Positions 1 through 9,416 of a stretch of DNA of 51,422 nucleotides are shown here, one piece after another. The notes beneath the pieces are model-generated. The model was not told where the DNA came from. It ran no database searches and was given only the letters and a program-made list of their open reading frames with translations. This DNA comes from an uncultured bacterium (GTDB lineage Bacteria; Actinomycetota; Actinomycetes; S36-B12; UBA10799): the NCBI GenBank assembly GCA_965651595.1, contig CBFGTA010000001.1, positions 1 through 51,422 on the forward strand, written 5' to 3'. Each line of letters starts with the position of its first letter. Positions within the stretch are counted from its first letter, which is position 1. A program made the translations under genes and the position numbers.

Positions 1-1
1 T

Positions 2-1390
2 TTCTACGACCCAGACACCAACCGCTCCGACCTTGCACGTCGCTTCGACTACGTGCGGTCCGGAATGCTCGAAAAGGGGTGGATCACTCCCGCACAGAGC
101 GAGAAGCTGCGTCTGCCCCGGTTCGCGAAATACACGAAGGCCGCGAACTACTACTCGGGTACCAACGGTTACTTGCTCGATGCCGTCGAACGGCAACTGC
201 TCACGATGGGCTACTCCGAAAAGGAACTGGCTGCTGGCGGATTTCGAATCGTTACCACCTTCGATGAAGACGACCAGGCCGCTGCTGTCAACGCTGTTCG
301 CAATTCGGGCCCTCCGGCCGCGCCGGGACTTCGCATGGGCCTAGCGTCTGTTGATGCCCAGACCGGTGAAGTGCTGGCCATGTACGGAGGCCAGGACTAC
401 CTGGAGAGACAACTGTCCGATGCCGATCAGTCGATTGCTCTGGCCGGGTCTACCTTCAAGCCGTTTGCCCTGGCTGCCGCCGCCGAAGCAGGTATCAGCC
501 TCTATTCGACCTGGGACGGCAACTCCCCTCGGACGATCGATGGCTACACCTTGCAAAACGAAGGCAACAGCAGTTACGGGACCATCAACCTGATCCAAGC
601 CTCCGCCAACTCTGTCAACACGGTGTTCGTCGAACTGGGCAATCGAGTCGGCAATGAGAAGGTTCGCGAGGCCGCAATCCGGGCAGGCGTTCCCGAGAAC
701 ACTATGGGACTTGGCGCTGACCCGACCACAGTCCTCGGCACCGCTTCTCCGACTGCCTTAGACATGGCCAGTGCCTATGCCACGTTCGCCAATGGCGGCG
801 TGCGGGCGGAACCGACCAAGATTCTCGAGTTACGCCGCCACGGCAAACTCGAGTACTCCTTCACGCCGACGACTACCCGCGTGTTCTCGACTGAGACGGC
901 CGAGTATGTCAACACCGCTCTGCAGGCGGTCGTGACGAGTGGTTCCGGCCGGGCCGCCACAGCTTTGGGACGTCCCGCGGCTGGCAAGACGGGGACATCT
1001 GACAACAACCGGTCGGCATGGTTCGTGGGCTACACCCCACAGATATCCACGGCAGTCATGATGGCGAAGCAGGACGCCGCGGGCAATTCGATCTCGCTAC
1101 GCGGAACCGGGGGGATGTACTCCGTCTACGGCGGCAGCTACCCGGCAAGCATCTGGACTGCCTACATGATTCCGGTCATGAGCGGCCTACCGTATGAGTC
1201 CTTCACTGGATCCGGGTCGGGGTGGGCTCCCCAGATCCCGGCGACCCCTAGCGAGACACCCAGTGAGTCGCCGAGCCAGACGCCTCGTCCGAGTCGAACG
1301 CCGACTCCTACCCCGACCCCGACACCCACTCCGACGCCCCAGCCCACGGCCCCCACAACGCCGTCGGCAACCGCGCCGCCGACCCCCTAA
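2..1390 (+). CDS. ponA: Class A penicillin-binding protein (PonA1-like), transpeptidase half; 5' end lies outside the window
   Basis: The frame is open from nt 2 (FYDPDTNRSDLARRFDYVRSGML...), so the listed GTG at 53 is internal. Transpeptidase motifs are readable: GSTFKP (SxxK), SANS (SxN), GKTGTS (KTG). The C-terminal tail is Pro/Thr-rich. The position next to an Rv0051-type membrane protein and rpsF-ssb-rpsR-rplI-dnaB matches the mycobacterial ponA1 neighbourhood. Confidence 0.9.
   Translation, partial: FYDPDTNRSDLARRFDYVRSGMLEKGWITPAQSEKLRLPRFAKYTKAANYYSGTNGYLLDAVERQLLTMGYSEKELAAGGFRIVTTFDEDDQAAAVNAVRNSGPPAAPGLRMGLASVDAQTGEVLAMYGGQDYLERQLSDADQSIALAGSTFKPFALAAAAEAGISLYSTWDGNSPRTIDGYTLQNEGNSSYGTINLIQASANSVNTVFVELGNRVGNEKVREAAIRAGVPENTMGLGADPTTVLGTASPTALDMASAYATFANGGVRAEPTKILELRRHGKLEYSFTPTTTRVFSTETAEYVNTALQAVVTSGSGRAATALGRPAAGKTGTSDNNRSAWFVGYTPQISTAVMMAKQDAAGNSISLRGTGGMYSVYGGSYPASIWTAYMIPVMSGLPYESFTGSGSGWAPQIPATPSETPSESPSQTPRPSRTPTPTPTPTPTPTPQPTAPTTPSATAPPTP
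1226..1387 (+). repeat. Low-complexity Pro/Thr/Ser-rich C-terminal tail of the PBP, including a (PT)n run
   Basis: Translation reads APQIPATPSETPSESPSQTPRPSRTPTPTPTPTPTPTPQPTAPTTPSATAPPTP. The DNA shows reiterated ccgac/cccac units. Confidence 0.8.
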
Positions 1391-1419
1391 TGCGTGGGAT
1401 ACCTCGTTAGCGGTGCCGC

Positions 1420-2841
1420 TTAGTCCGATACGGGACCGGCAACTGTGGCACTTCGAGGACCGACCGCGTCCCGCGCTCCGTCGAGGACACCACCGCCTGG
1501 ATCGTCGGCATCGTCAGGCCAGCCGTCGTTGCGAACCGGATCCCCGGAGGGTACGAGAATGTCGCGGATCACCACCGATGCCAGAAAGATCGTGGAGGCC
1601 ACGTGGGCCAAGATTCCCACTGCGTACCACTGCTCCGGCAGTCCTCGATCTGCTTCCAGACCCGCCAGATACAGCCAGATGCTGGCGAAGTAGACGACCT
1701 GCCCAGACTGCCACCACAGGAAATCTCGCCAACGGGGGCGAGCTAAGGCTGCGAGAGGAATCAGCCAGAGGACGAACTGGGGCGAGTACACCTTGTTGGT
1801 GAGGACGAATGCGATCAGAACCAGCAGGGCGACCGACGCGAATCGCGGCCGGCGGGGAGCGCGGAGAATGAGAACCGCCAGCGCGATACACAAAGCACCG
1901 AACAGAGCCAGCGCCACGAAGTTGAGGGTGTCGGGCGCAATTGTCAGGCCGAGGCTCGACAACATCATCCAGACGGAGCCGAAATCCTGCCCGCGGTCCT
2001 GGCTGAATACATAGAAGTGTGACCAACCTTCAAAGTTCGCCACCATGAAAGGCACATTGATGATCAACCACGTAGCCACTGCTATGGCGGCGGTGCGCGC
2101 GAACGCGCGAAGTGCGCCAGCGCGCACACACAAGATGAGAAGCGGGCCGAGGAACAAGATCGGATAGAACTTGGTGGCGATTGCCAGGCCGAGGAAGACT
2201 CCGGCCCACGTGAGTCGACGTCGAGACCAAGCGAGAAAGAACGCAGCTGACAACGCAACGGCCAGTAGGTCCCAGTTGATGGTGGCGGTGAGCCAGAGCG
2301 CAGGTGCAAGAGCCACCATTGCCGCATCCCAGGGACGTCGCCGCACCGTCAAGGCGGTGGCGACGACCGTAACGATCAACGCTGCTAGAAGTCCGAGTAC
2401 GTTCCAGAAGAAGAAGATGCGCGAGGGGTCGGCCGATCCAGCCGGTGTGAGCCAGGCGGCCGCCTGCATGTACAACCCGGTCAACACGGGGTACTCGAGG
2501 TACTCCTGGCCCGGAAGAGGCTCACCCAGGAACGGGAACACGCCAGCTGCGAATCCCCGCAGTTGGTACAGCGGGGAGATGTCCGTGTAGCACATGGTGA
2601 AGTACCGATCCGGCGACGCCCATGACGAGGCAATACACGGCGACTTCTGGATCAACCCGATCACGAAACCGATGCCACTGAGCACCACCAGGATCCGCAG
2701 CGGACTCCACCAGGAGCGCCGCGGTCGAGATCCGGCGGGAACCGGCCCGCCCCACGCTTCGGTCGCTGCCGCGACCACCGGGTCCTCCCGAGACGGGAGC
2801 ACGATGTCCCATTCCGGGTCGGGAGGGCGAGCAGATGTCAC
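1420..2841 (-). CDS. Polytopic integral membrane protein, GT-C-like (Rv0051-type, DUF2029/GT87-like)
   Basis: The 491-aa ORF has many hydrophobic segments (LRILVVLSGIGFVIGL, FFFWNVLGLLAALIVTVVATAL, FLGLAIATKFYPILFLGPLLIL and others). A GTG at 2841 overlaps the upstream gene's TGA (GTGA), so I prefer that start over 2895. Synteny next to ponA supports the call. The family assignment is from memory only. Confidence 0.7.
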   Translation of the reverse strand: MTSARPPDPEWDIVLPSREDPVVAAATEAWGGPVPAGSRPRRSWWSPLRILVVLSGIGFVIGLIQKSPCIASSWASPDRYFTMCYTDISPLYQLRGFAAGVFPFLGEPLPGQEYLEYPVLTGLYMQAAAWLTPAGSADPSRIFFFWNVLGLLAALIVTVVATALTVRRRPWDAAMVALAPALWLTATINWDLLAVALSAAFFLAWSRRRLTWAGVFLGLAIATKFYPILFLGPLLILCVRAGALRAFARTAAIAVATWLIINVPFMVANFEGWSHFYVFSQDRGQDFGSVWMMLSSLGLTIAPDTLNFVALALFGALCIALAVLILRAPRRPRFASVALLVLIAFVLTNKVYSPQFVLWLIPLAALARPRWRDFLWWQSGQVVYFASIWLYLAGLEADRGLPEQWYAVGILAHVASTIFLASVVIRDILVPSGDPVRNDGWPDDADDPGGGVLDGARDAVGPRSATVAGPVSD

Positions 2842-4121
2842 GAGGTTAAGCCCTCGAGTCGGTCGAATGCGGCTGTTGTGTGTCGAACGCGGCACTCGAG
2901 CTGATCACCCACTGTGGGAACTCGGTGGCCGCCTCCGACTGCCTGCCGCACGTCGTCGTCGGCAATCCAGATCATCGACACGTGCATGTGGGGGGGTTCG
3001 GCAAACCAGCGCCGCTTGCCATTCCAGGTGAATGGTGACAGTGAGCGGCCGACTGCTTCGAGCGCCCCGGTTCCAGCGGCGACCATGCGTTGGCGCAGCG
3101 ACGCCGCTGGCGTGGGCGCCTCGAGAGCCACTCCATGAGACGTGCCACCTGAAACAACGAGAACTAGCCCCGACTTGGGCGAACGCTTCTGCCGGTAACC
3201 CAGTGACTGTCCGCGAGAAATCTCGTGGACGGCCAACACGGTGCCGGTGGCGTGAAGAGCGCCGGGATCGCCGAGCCACAGCCGAGTTCCGACTCGCAGG
3301 TGGATCGGCACGTCGGGTAGTGCGGTGCGTAACGCGACGAGCTCTTCGTCTGTCAGGTGTGACAGCCAGAGCGCCACAGCATCCCCAGTGAGAGGCACTC
3401 CGGCCTCCTCCATCGCGGCAACGGCACGAATCCAGGTCAGAGACCAGGCCCACGCCTCGCGCACCTTGGGTGTGGCGCCTTGGGCCAGTTGCGGGGCCTG
3501 GTCACTGTCGTGCCACTGCGACTGCATCGTTTCGATGTGCGGCGCGGCCGGTGCGGCGATCGGTAGGTGGACTGCCAGTCCAGCCAAGGCAATGCGGTTG
3601 GAACGCAACGCCTCTCGAACTGCTGCGTCAGCGAGGAGGGCATCCAGGTCGGGCTCGCCGAGTCCGAACCGTCGCATGCTCGTCAGGCCCTCGACCACGA
3701 TGCGGATTGGCCCGTCGGCGCAAATGTCACTGACGGCCAGTGCGTGTAGCGCCTCATTGCTGGCGATGGTGAGGATCACGCGCTGAAATTGGTGCCGTTC
3801 GCGCAGGTAATCCCATACTTCTTGAGAGCCAACGTCGCGCGGGTCCCACGGTTGCATCACGAGCACGTCGCCGTCAAAGGTACGAAGAATCTTGGCCGCC
3901 TCGATAGCGGTTCCCACCGCAATGCGGTCGCTACCGAGGCGGGTGGTCTCGGTAGCCAACCGGGCTAAGCCGAACCCGTACCCGTTGCCTTTCGCGACGG
4001 GAACGATGTCGCCCCCACGCCCCCGCAGTTGCGGAGTCTGAACCGCAGATCTGACTGCGTCACGGACGGCTTCAGTGTGGCCACGCCACTGCTGACCGTC
4101 GACGTGCAGGGTGAACGTCAT
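2838..4121 (-). CDS. Alanine-racemase-fold PLP-dependent enzyme (racemase-like, specificity unknown)
   Basis: PVAKGNGYGFG resembles the Alr PLP-lysine motif (V-K-A-N-A-Y-G-H-G). The C-terminal half (SLGYRQK...HMHVSMIWI...VGDQLE) resembles the Alr beta-domain. The ATG at 4121 (MTFTLHVDG) overlaps the upstream stop as ATGA. The longer ORF start at 4229 would run through the femAB-like gene. Confidence 0.65.
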   Translation of the reverse strand: MTFTLHVDGQQWRGHTEAVRDAVRSAVQTPQLRGRGGDIVPVAKGNGYGFGLARLATETTRLGSDRIAVGTAIEAAKILRTFDGDVLVMQPWDPRDVGSQEVWDYLRERHQFQRVILTIASNEALHALAVSDICADGPIRIVVEGLTSMRRFGLGEPDLDALLADAAVREALRSNRIALAGLAVHLPIAAPAAPHIETMQSQWHDSDQAPQLAQGATPKVREAWAWSLTWIRAVAAMEEAGVPLTGDAVALWLSHLTDEELVALRTALPDVPIHLRVGTRLWLGDPGALHATGTVLAVHEISRGQSLGYRQKRSPKSGLVLVVSGGTSHGVALEAPTPAASLRQRMVAAGTGALEAVGRSLSPFTWNGKRRWFAEPPHMHVSMIWIADDDVRQAVGGGHRVPTVGDQLECRVRHTTAAFDRLEGLTS

Positions 4122-5305
4122 GCCGCTGCCTCTCGGCCCGCAGGTCGAGACTTCCGCCGCATCAGTTCGTTGCGTCGGAGGTACAGGTCGAAGGCCCGCG
4201 CGATCGCTGGACGCAACGGATAGTCCCACTCGCCGACGTACTCCTGGGCGTAGCCACCGGTACCGAGCTTGAACCGAATGAGCCCGAAAAGCGGATCTTC
4301 GGGATCGAGAGTGTCGCTAATGCCACGCATGTCGTATATCCGGCATCCGGCACTGAGGCTGTCGCGCATCATGGCCCACTGAATCGCGTTCGACGGCCGG
4401 GCCTCGCGACCCACTGCCGACGAGGCGCCGTATGAGTACCAGGCGTGATCTCCCACCCGGACCATTGTGGTGGCAGCGACCGGTTCGCCGCCGAAGCGGG
4501 CGATGTACAGCCGCAAGCGTCCTGGATCTTCGCTGGTCATGGCGTCCCACATGCGTCGGAAGTACTCTTCACCGCGGGGAATGAAATTATCGCGGTCAGC
4601 AGTCTCGACGTAGAGTCGGTGGAATTCCGGGAGGTCTTCGCGGGTTCCGACAGTGACCTCGACGCCCATCTTTTCGGCCTTACGCACATTGCGGCGCCAC
4701 AGTTGGTTGAACCCGCTGAACAGTTCAGCCTCAGTTCGGTCCGCGAGAGGAATCTGGAACACGTAACGAGGCTGAACATCGCCGAATCCGGCCCCTTCGG
4801 AGGCCCGCTGAACCCAGCCCATTCCGCGAAGAGTCTCTCGCACCCGCAGACCTGCGTCGGAGATGTCGGATGGCTCGACGTCACCGAGTCGGGTCACCGT
4901 TCCGGAGTCAGACGCGGCGATCGCTGCCTTGAGAGTGGGCGAATCCCAAGAACGCACGGCCACCGGCGGACCAATCTTGACTTGAAAACTTCCCGTCGAC
5001 TTCAGATAGCGCAGCAGCGGATCTAACCACTCCACTAACGTGAAATCGTTGTCGTCCCCAGTCCAATCGATGGTCGGTCCCTCCGGAACGTAGGCCAAAG
5101 TTCGCCTCAACCCGGGAATTGCTCGGGTGAGGACGAGGGCCGCTCCGACCAGAGTGGGGCCAGCGAACCAGCCCACACTGCGGTGGCCCCATTCGGCCTT
5201 GACTCGCGCCCACGACGGCAACTGAAGGAAGGAAGCCGACGGGATGGAGTCCACATATCCGAGATGCATCGACGCATCGATCGGACGGACTTGCAGTTCT
5301 CGCAC
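4118..5305 (-). CDS. FemAB-family peptidoglycan interpeptide-bridge aminoacyltransferase (lipid II:aminoacyl-tRNA transferase-like)
   Basis: LQVRPIDASMHLGYVDSIPSASFLQLPSWARVKAEWGH resembles the N-termini of actinobacterial FemX-type proteins. The rest has the typical length (about 395 aa) and GNAT-like features. The ORF-track N-terminal extension (5306-5788) runs into nfo and looks non-protein-like. The start is taken at GTG 5305; ATG 5269 is an alternative. Confidence 0.75.
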   Translation of the reverse strand: MRELQVRPIDASMHLGYVDSIPSASFLQLPSWARVKAEWGHRSVGWFAGPTLVGAALVLTRAIPGLRRTLAYVPEGPTIDWTGDDNDFTLVEWLDPLLRYLKSTGSFQVKIGPPVAVRSWDSPTLKAAIAASDSGTVTRLGDVEPSDISDAGLRVRETLRGMGWVQRASEGAGFGDVQPRYVFQIPLADRTEAELFSGFNQLWRRNVRKAEKMGVEVTVGTREDLPEFHRLYVETADRDNFIPRGEEYFRRMWDAMTSEDPGRLRLYIARFGGEPVAATTMVRVGDHAWYSYGASSAVGREARPSNAIQWAMMRDSLSAGCRIYDMRGISDTLDPEDPLFGLIRFKLGTGGYAQEYVGEWDYPLRPAIARAFDLYLRRNELMRRKSRPAGREAAA

Positions 5306-5467
5306 GCAGACCAGCCTACGGTTTGTGCCCGTCTGCGGTACGTTCAGACCCGCCGCGGCGGTACGGCAGTGGTCAACTGTTCGGCCATCAGACGGGTCGG
5401 GCGTGCACCGACGCGGCACGGCTAGGCTGGATCCTGATTTCGGTGTTGTCGAGCGAGAGGGATCGTC

Positions 5468-6250
5468 ATGTCGCAGGTACGGGTCGGAGGACACGTTGAC
5501 CGGGACGACCCGGCGGCCGGGGCCGCCGCCATCGGAGCCGATTGCGTGCAAATATTCCTGTCGGATCCCCAGTCGTGGAAGAAGCCCGACCTGGGCGCCG
5601 ATGCGGTGGCGGTCTTGTCCGACTCCCTCCAGAACGCCGACGTCGACCTGTACATTCACGCCCCGTACGTCATCAACGTTGCCACCATGAACAATCGGAT
5701 CCGCATTCCGAGCCGCAAGCTGCTGCAGCAACACGTCAACCTGGCTGCCCAAGTCGGTGCCCGTGGCGTCGTGGTTCATGGCGGCCACGTCTCACAAGGA
5801 GACGACCCCGGAGTCGGATTCGACAACTGGCGCAAAGCCGTCGACCAACTCGACTTTGCCTGCCCGGTCTTCATCGAAAACACCGCCGGTGGCAACTTCG
5901 CCATGGCTCGGCGGCTCGAAGCACTCGAGCGGCTATGGGACTCAGTGGGCCACTCTGAGATCGGATTCTGCCTGGACACTTGCCATGCCTGGGCCGGTGG
6001 GATCGGGGTACCGGAAGTGGTCGAGCAGGTGCGAGCGATCACGGGCCGAATCGACTTGGTCCATGCCAACGATTCCGAAGGCGACTTCGATTCCGGCCGT
6101 GATCGGCACCGGAACTTTGGTGAGGGCACCCTCGGTGAATATCGAATCTTGGAGTGCATTGCGGCTGCCGCTGCACCCGTCATTTGCGAAACCCCAGCTC
6201 CAGGCATTGCTGGAGACATTGCCGCCATCCGGGAGCACTTGGGCCAGTAG
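5468..6250 (+). CDS. nfo: Deoxyribonuclease IV / AP endonuclease family 2 (TIM-barrel)
   Basis: Motifs read HAPYVINVAT, VVHGGH, ENTAGG, CLDTCHAWAGG, HANDS and GRDRHRNFGEG, which match Nfo metal-binding blocks. A GAGAGGG sequence precedes the ATG. Confidence 0.85.
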   Translation: MSQVRVGGHVDRDDPAAGAAAIGADCVQIFLSDPQSWKKPDLGADAVAVLSDSLQNADVDLYIHAPYVINVATMNNRIRIPSRKLLQQHVNLAAQVGARGVVVHGGHVSQGDDPGVGFDNWRKAVDQLDFACPVFIENTAGGNFAMARRLEALERLWDSVGHSEIGFCLDTCHAWAGGIGVPEVVEQVRAITGRIDLVHANDSEGDFDSGRDRHRNFGEGTLGEYRILECIAAAAAPVICETPAPGIAGDIAAIREHLGQ

Positions 6251-6426
6251 TCACCAGCGCTGCACGTATCCGGGTTTCCGGAGGATCTGGGATCTGGGTC
6301 GGCGGCTCGGTTCTGGTCCGCGGCCGTGTGGCCGTCTTGTCCGCGTTCGTCGGCGATCGACGCGCCTCAGCGTCTGTTGATCGCTAGCGTTGCCCTCACC
6401 GCCGACCACGAATAGAGGAATGGGCC

Positions 6427-8097
6427 GTGAGTACGACGACTGAGAACAACCCGTTGACTGGCAAGGCCAAGTATCTGGCGTTAGCAGCCATGATGTTTGC
6501 CACGTCGATGATGTTCATCGACATGACGATCGTCTCCTTGGCAGCCCCTGACATTGAAAAAGACCTCGGCATTTCCGACCAGGCCGTTCAGTGGGTGATC
6601 AACGGATACCTGCTCGCCCTCGCCGCCACGTTCGCCTTCTGGGGCCGAGTCGCCGACGTGGTGGGCCCCAAGCGGATGGTGCTCATCGGTGTCGTCGTAT
6701 TCGCCGTGTCGTCAGCGATGTGCGGATTCACGCCAGCTGGTGCGTTCGCTGATGCATGGATCATTGGCTTCCGAGTTACCCAAGGCCTCGGTGCGGCGAT
6801 GATGTTCCCGGCCGCGCTCGCGGTCGTCGTGTCCGTGTTCGCGGTGGCCGAACGCGGCAGGGCCCTGGCTTTGTTTTTCGCCATTACTGGCGGTCTGACC
6901 GCGGTTGGGCCGATCGCTGGAGGTTACCTGACAGAGATTTCGTGGCGAACGATTTTCTGGATCAACATTCCGATCGCGATTGTGGCGCTTATCTTGACGG
7001 CGCGAATTGCCAATCCGCAGGCCCCGCGCAAGGAACCGATCGACTGGGCTGGCGCCGTGTTAGTGACGATCGGAATGGGCCTGTCGGTGCTCGGGTTCCA
7101 GAACGCGAGCACCTGGGGCTGGACGAGTGTAGCCACGCTCGGATGCATCATCGTGGGCATTGTCTTCATTGTCGGGTTCATCTTCTTCGAACGCGGTCGG
7201 GAGTACCCGCTCATCCGGATCACGATCTTCCGTGACCGGGCGTTCTTTGCCGACAACTTCGTGTTGTTCTTCTCGATGATGACCTTTGTCCCGATCTTCT
7301 TCTTCATGAGTCTCTACGCCCAGGTCGTACTGGGAGAATCGACCTCTGCCGCTGGCCTGTCGCTGATGTGGTACTTCCTCGGATTTGTGATTGCCGCCCA
7401 GGTCGGTGGGCAGCTGATCGACCAGATCGGCTCCAAGATTCCGATGTTGCTCGGCAGCCTAGTGGCGGCTGTTGGCTACGCCGGTTGGGCCGTTCAAGTA
7501 ACGGCCCTGTCAGCGAGCGCCATCGTCCCGTGGACGATCGTGGCCGGAGCGGGAATCGGCCTATTGCTCGGACCAGCCTCGACCGACGCCGTGAACCGCG
7601 CCATCAACGCCTCATACGGCGAAGTCACCGGCATCACGCAGACCCTGCGCAACTATGGGTCGGCAGTCGGAATGGCCATTCTGGGCACGCTGATGCTCAC
7701 TACCGTTTCATCAAAACTGACCACTTCACTCGTTGGGTTCGGAGTGCCAGCGGACCAGGCCGACTCGATAGTTGCTTCTATCTCCAGCCACACCTCGTCC
7801 GGCGGCGGAACGGCCGATCCAGCGACCAGCCGGATCCCCGAGGCGATGAGGGATCAGGTGCTCTCGGCCATGAAGATGGACTTTGCGCTAGCGATTCGCG
7901 CAGTCTTGATTGGCATGGTGGTCATGATGGTCGTATCAGCCGTGGTTGCCTTGATCCATCCCGGTGGCAAGGTGGAAGTGGCCGGAACCCCCGCGCCAGA
8001 CGGTGATCAGCCCAGTGCCGGTAAGCAACTCCTCAAGCGGCTTGTCATCTTCGCTGTGGTCTTTGCGGCTATCTACATCGTGATTTCTCTGCTGTAA
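6427..8097 (+). CDS. MFS transporter, DHA2 (EmrB/QacA-like, 14-TMS class)
   Basis: The 556-aa product is hydrophobic throughout. The N-terminal block FIDMTIVSLAAPDIEKDLG...QWVINGYLLALAA...GRVADVVGPKRM is typical of DHA2 drug:H+ antiporters. Confidence 0.85.
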   Translation: MSTTTENNPLTGKAKYLALAAMMFATSMMFIDMTIVSLAAPDIEKDLGISDQAVQWVINGYLLALAATFAFWGRVADVVGPKRMVLIGVVVFAVSSAMCGFTPAGAFADAWIIGFRVTQGLGAAMMFPAALAVVVSVFAVAERGRALALFFAITGGLTAVGPIAGGYLTEISWRTIFWINIPIAIVALILTARIANPQAPRKEPIDWAGAVLVTIGMGLSVLGFQNASTWGWTSVATLGCIIVGIVFIVGFIFFERGREYPLIRITIFRDRAFFADNFVLFFSMMTFVPIFFFMSLYAQVVLGESTSAAGLSLMWYFLGFVIAAQVGGQLIDQIGSKIPMLLGSLVAAVGYAGWAVQVTALSASAIVPWTIVAGAGIGLLLGPASTDAVNRAINASYGEVTGITQTLRNYGSAVGMAILGTLMLTTVSSKLTTSLVGFGVPADQADSIVASISSHTSSGGGTADPATSRIPEAMRDQVLSAMKMDFALAIRAVLIGMVVMMVVSAVVALIHPGGKVEVAGTPAPDGDQPSAGKQLLKRLVIFAVVFAAIYIVISLL

Positions 8098-8186
8098 CAA
8101 CCGAACGTCCACGGCAGCTCCGAGAAGCCGCCGATCGAAGGGGCTAACCAGCGTGGGCGGGTTGCTGCCCGTTGTGCCCGAAGGCC

Positions 8187-9416
8187 CTACGTCGCCAGGT
8201 CGTTGGCGGGGGCGAGCGCACCCCGGTGGCGCCGACTGATGATGGCGAAGATGGGTACTGTGATCAAGATGAGGGCCACCGCAACGCCGGTCAGGCGCAC
8301 CCAGTTGTCATCTGGACCGGCGGCAGCAGCCGCCAGATTGGGAGCGATGAATCCCGCTATCAAGCCTGCCCCGGCAACCAGTGCCGGTAGGCGGCCGGAC
8401 GTGTCGAGGCGTGCGGCCGTTCCATAGAACACCGGGGTCATGGCGTAATACGCCAAGTTCAACAGCTGCATGCCCACCACGAACCAGGCGCCAGTGACGG
8501 CCAGTCCGACCGCAGCGTTGCCGACGGCCAGCGCTATGACGAACAACGGCAGTGCTCTGAGTCGTCGAGCGGATGAACCGGTGAACCCGGTGAAGAAGGC
8601 ACCCAGCAGGCCAGTGACTTGGGTCAGCCCCAAGACGAGGCCAGCTTGGGAAGCGCTGAGACCGGTGGCAATCCCGATGTTCTCCGCGAACGTCCAGATC
8701 GCGAAGTTGCCGACGTTGACGCACAAGATGGCCCCGAGAAATACGAGTCCGTGAATTCTGACGGGTGTGGGGGCGGTCGAGGGCACGGTTGCTTGGCGTC
8801 GGTCCCCTGTTGTCACGCACGATTCGGTGAGCGCGAGGCGAGCGGGAGACATGAGCAGCACAGCCACTGTGGCTAGCGCTGCTGCAGTGGCGGCAACCGC
8901 GAAGGGTGCCGCCGCAGCAGGAAGCGGTAGTTTGTCGTCGACCTGCGGAACGATGGCGATGAGAGTAGACCCGATGATGACGGTCGCTATCGTGGCGGCC
9001 GCGAACGCTCGAACTGGCTGTCGGGCTGTGGCGAGTGAGGCGTTGCCGGCGGCCGAGGCAGCCCCCGACGCTAGCCCAATGACGACGAGAATCACGGCCA
9101 GAGCTGAAGTGGCGTGGGTGGTGCTGGCAACCGCCCATCCGATCACCGCGATCGTCGCCCCCCCGATGCCCCACCACAGCCGCGGCACTCGCGAAATGAT
9201 GAGAGCTGATCCGATCACTCCGATCGCGAGACCTCCCTGGTTAGCGCTGATGAGGGCGCCGACCGTGCTGGTGGCTAGACCACGATCGGCCGACAGGCTG
9301 TGGGAGAGCAGGGGCGCGAAAAAGGTGGGAATGAGGCTGACGAGAAGGAGGCCGACGCATCCGGCGACAAGCCAACGGTCGCCAGCCAGCCCCGCTTCGG
9401 AGTCTGTTCGGCTCAC
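8187..9416 (-). CDS. MFS transporter (12-TMS class)
   Basis: The 409-aa product is Ala/Leu/Gly-rich and polytopic. It overlaps the upstream MFS gene by 4 nt (9413-9416). Confidence 0.7.
   Translation of the reverse strand: MSRTDSEAGLAGDRWLVAGCVGLLLVSLIPTFFAPLLSHSLSADRGLATSTVGALISANQGGLAIGVIGSALIISRVPRLWWGIGGATIAVIGWAVASTTHATSALAVILVVIGLASGAASAAGNASLATARQPVRAFAAATIATVIIGSTLIAIVPQVDDKLPLPAAAAPFAVAATAAALATVAVLLMSPARLALTESCVTTGDRRQATVPSTAPTPVRIHGLVFLGAILCVNVGNFAIWTFAENIGIATGLSASQAGLVLGLTQVTGLLGAFFTGFTGSSARRLRALPLFVIALAVGNAAVGLAVTGAWFVVGMQLLNLAYYAMTPVFYGTAARLDTSGRLPALVAGAGLIAGFIAPNLAAAAAGPDDNWVRLTGVAVALILITVPIFAIISRRHRGALAPANDLAT

Noticed and set aside
1194-1802. 202-aa plus-strand ORF (Arg/Pro-rich) bridging the PBP 3' end and the antisense of the membrane-protein gene.
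   Set aside because: It has a non-protein-like composition and overlaps two better-supported genes. It is a high-GC frame artefact.
5306-5788. N-terminal extension of the femAB-like ORF (track start 5788), which would overlap nfo by about 320 nt.
   Set aside because: The extension (MAAMNHDATGTDLG...RRCTPDPSDGRTVDHCRT) is not protein-like and is antisense to the well-supported nfo gene. Family N-termini begin near LQVRPI, so the start was moved to 5305 (or 5269).
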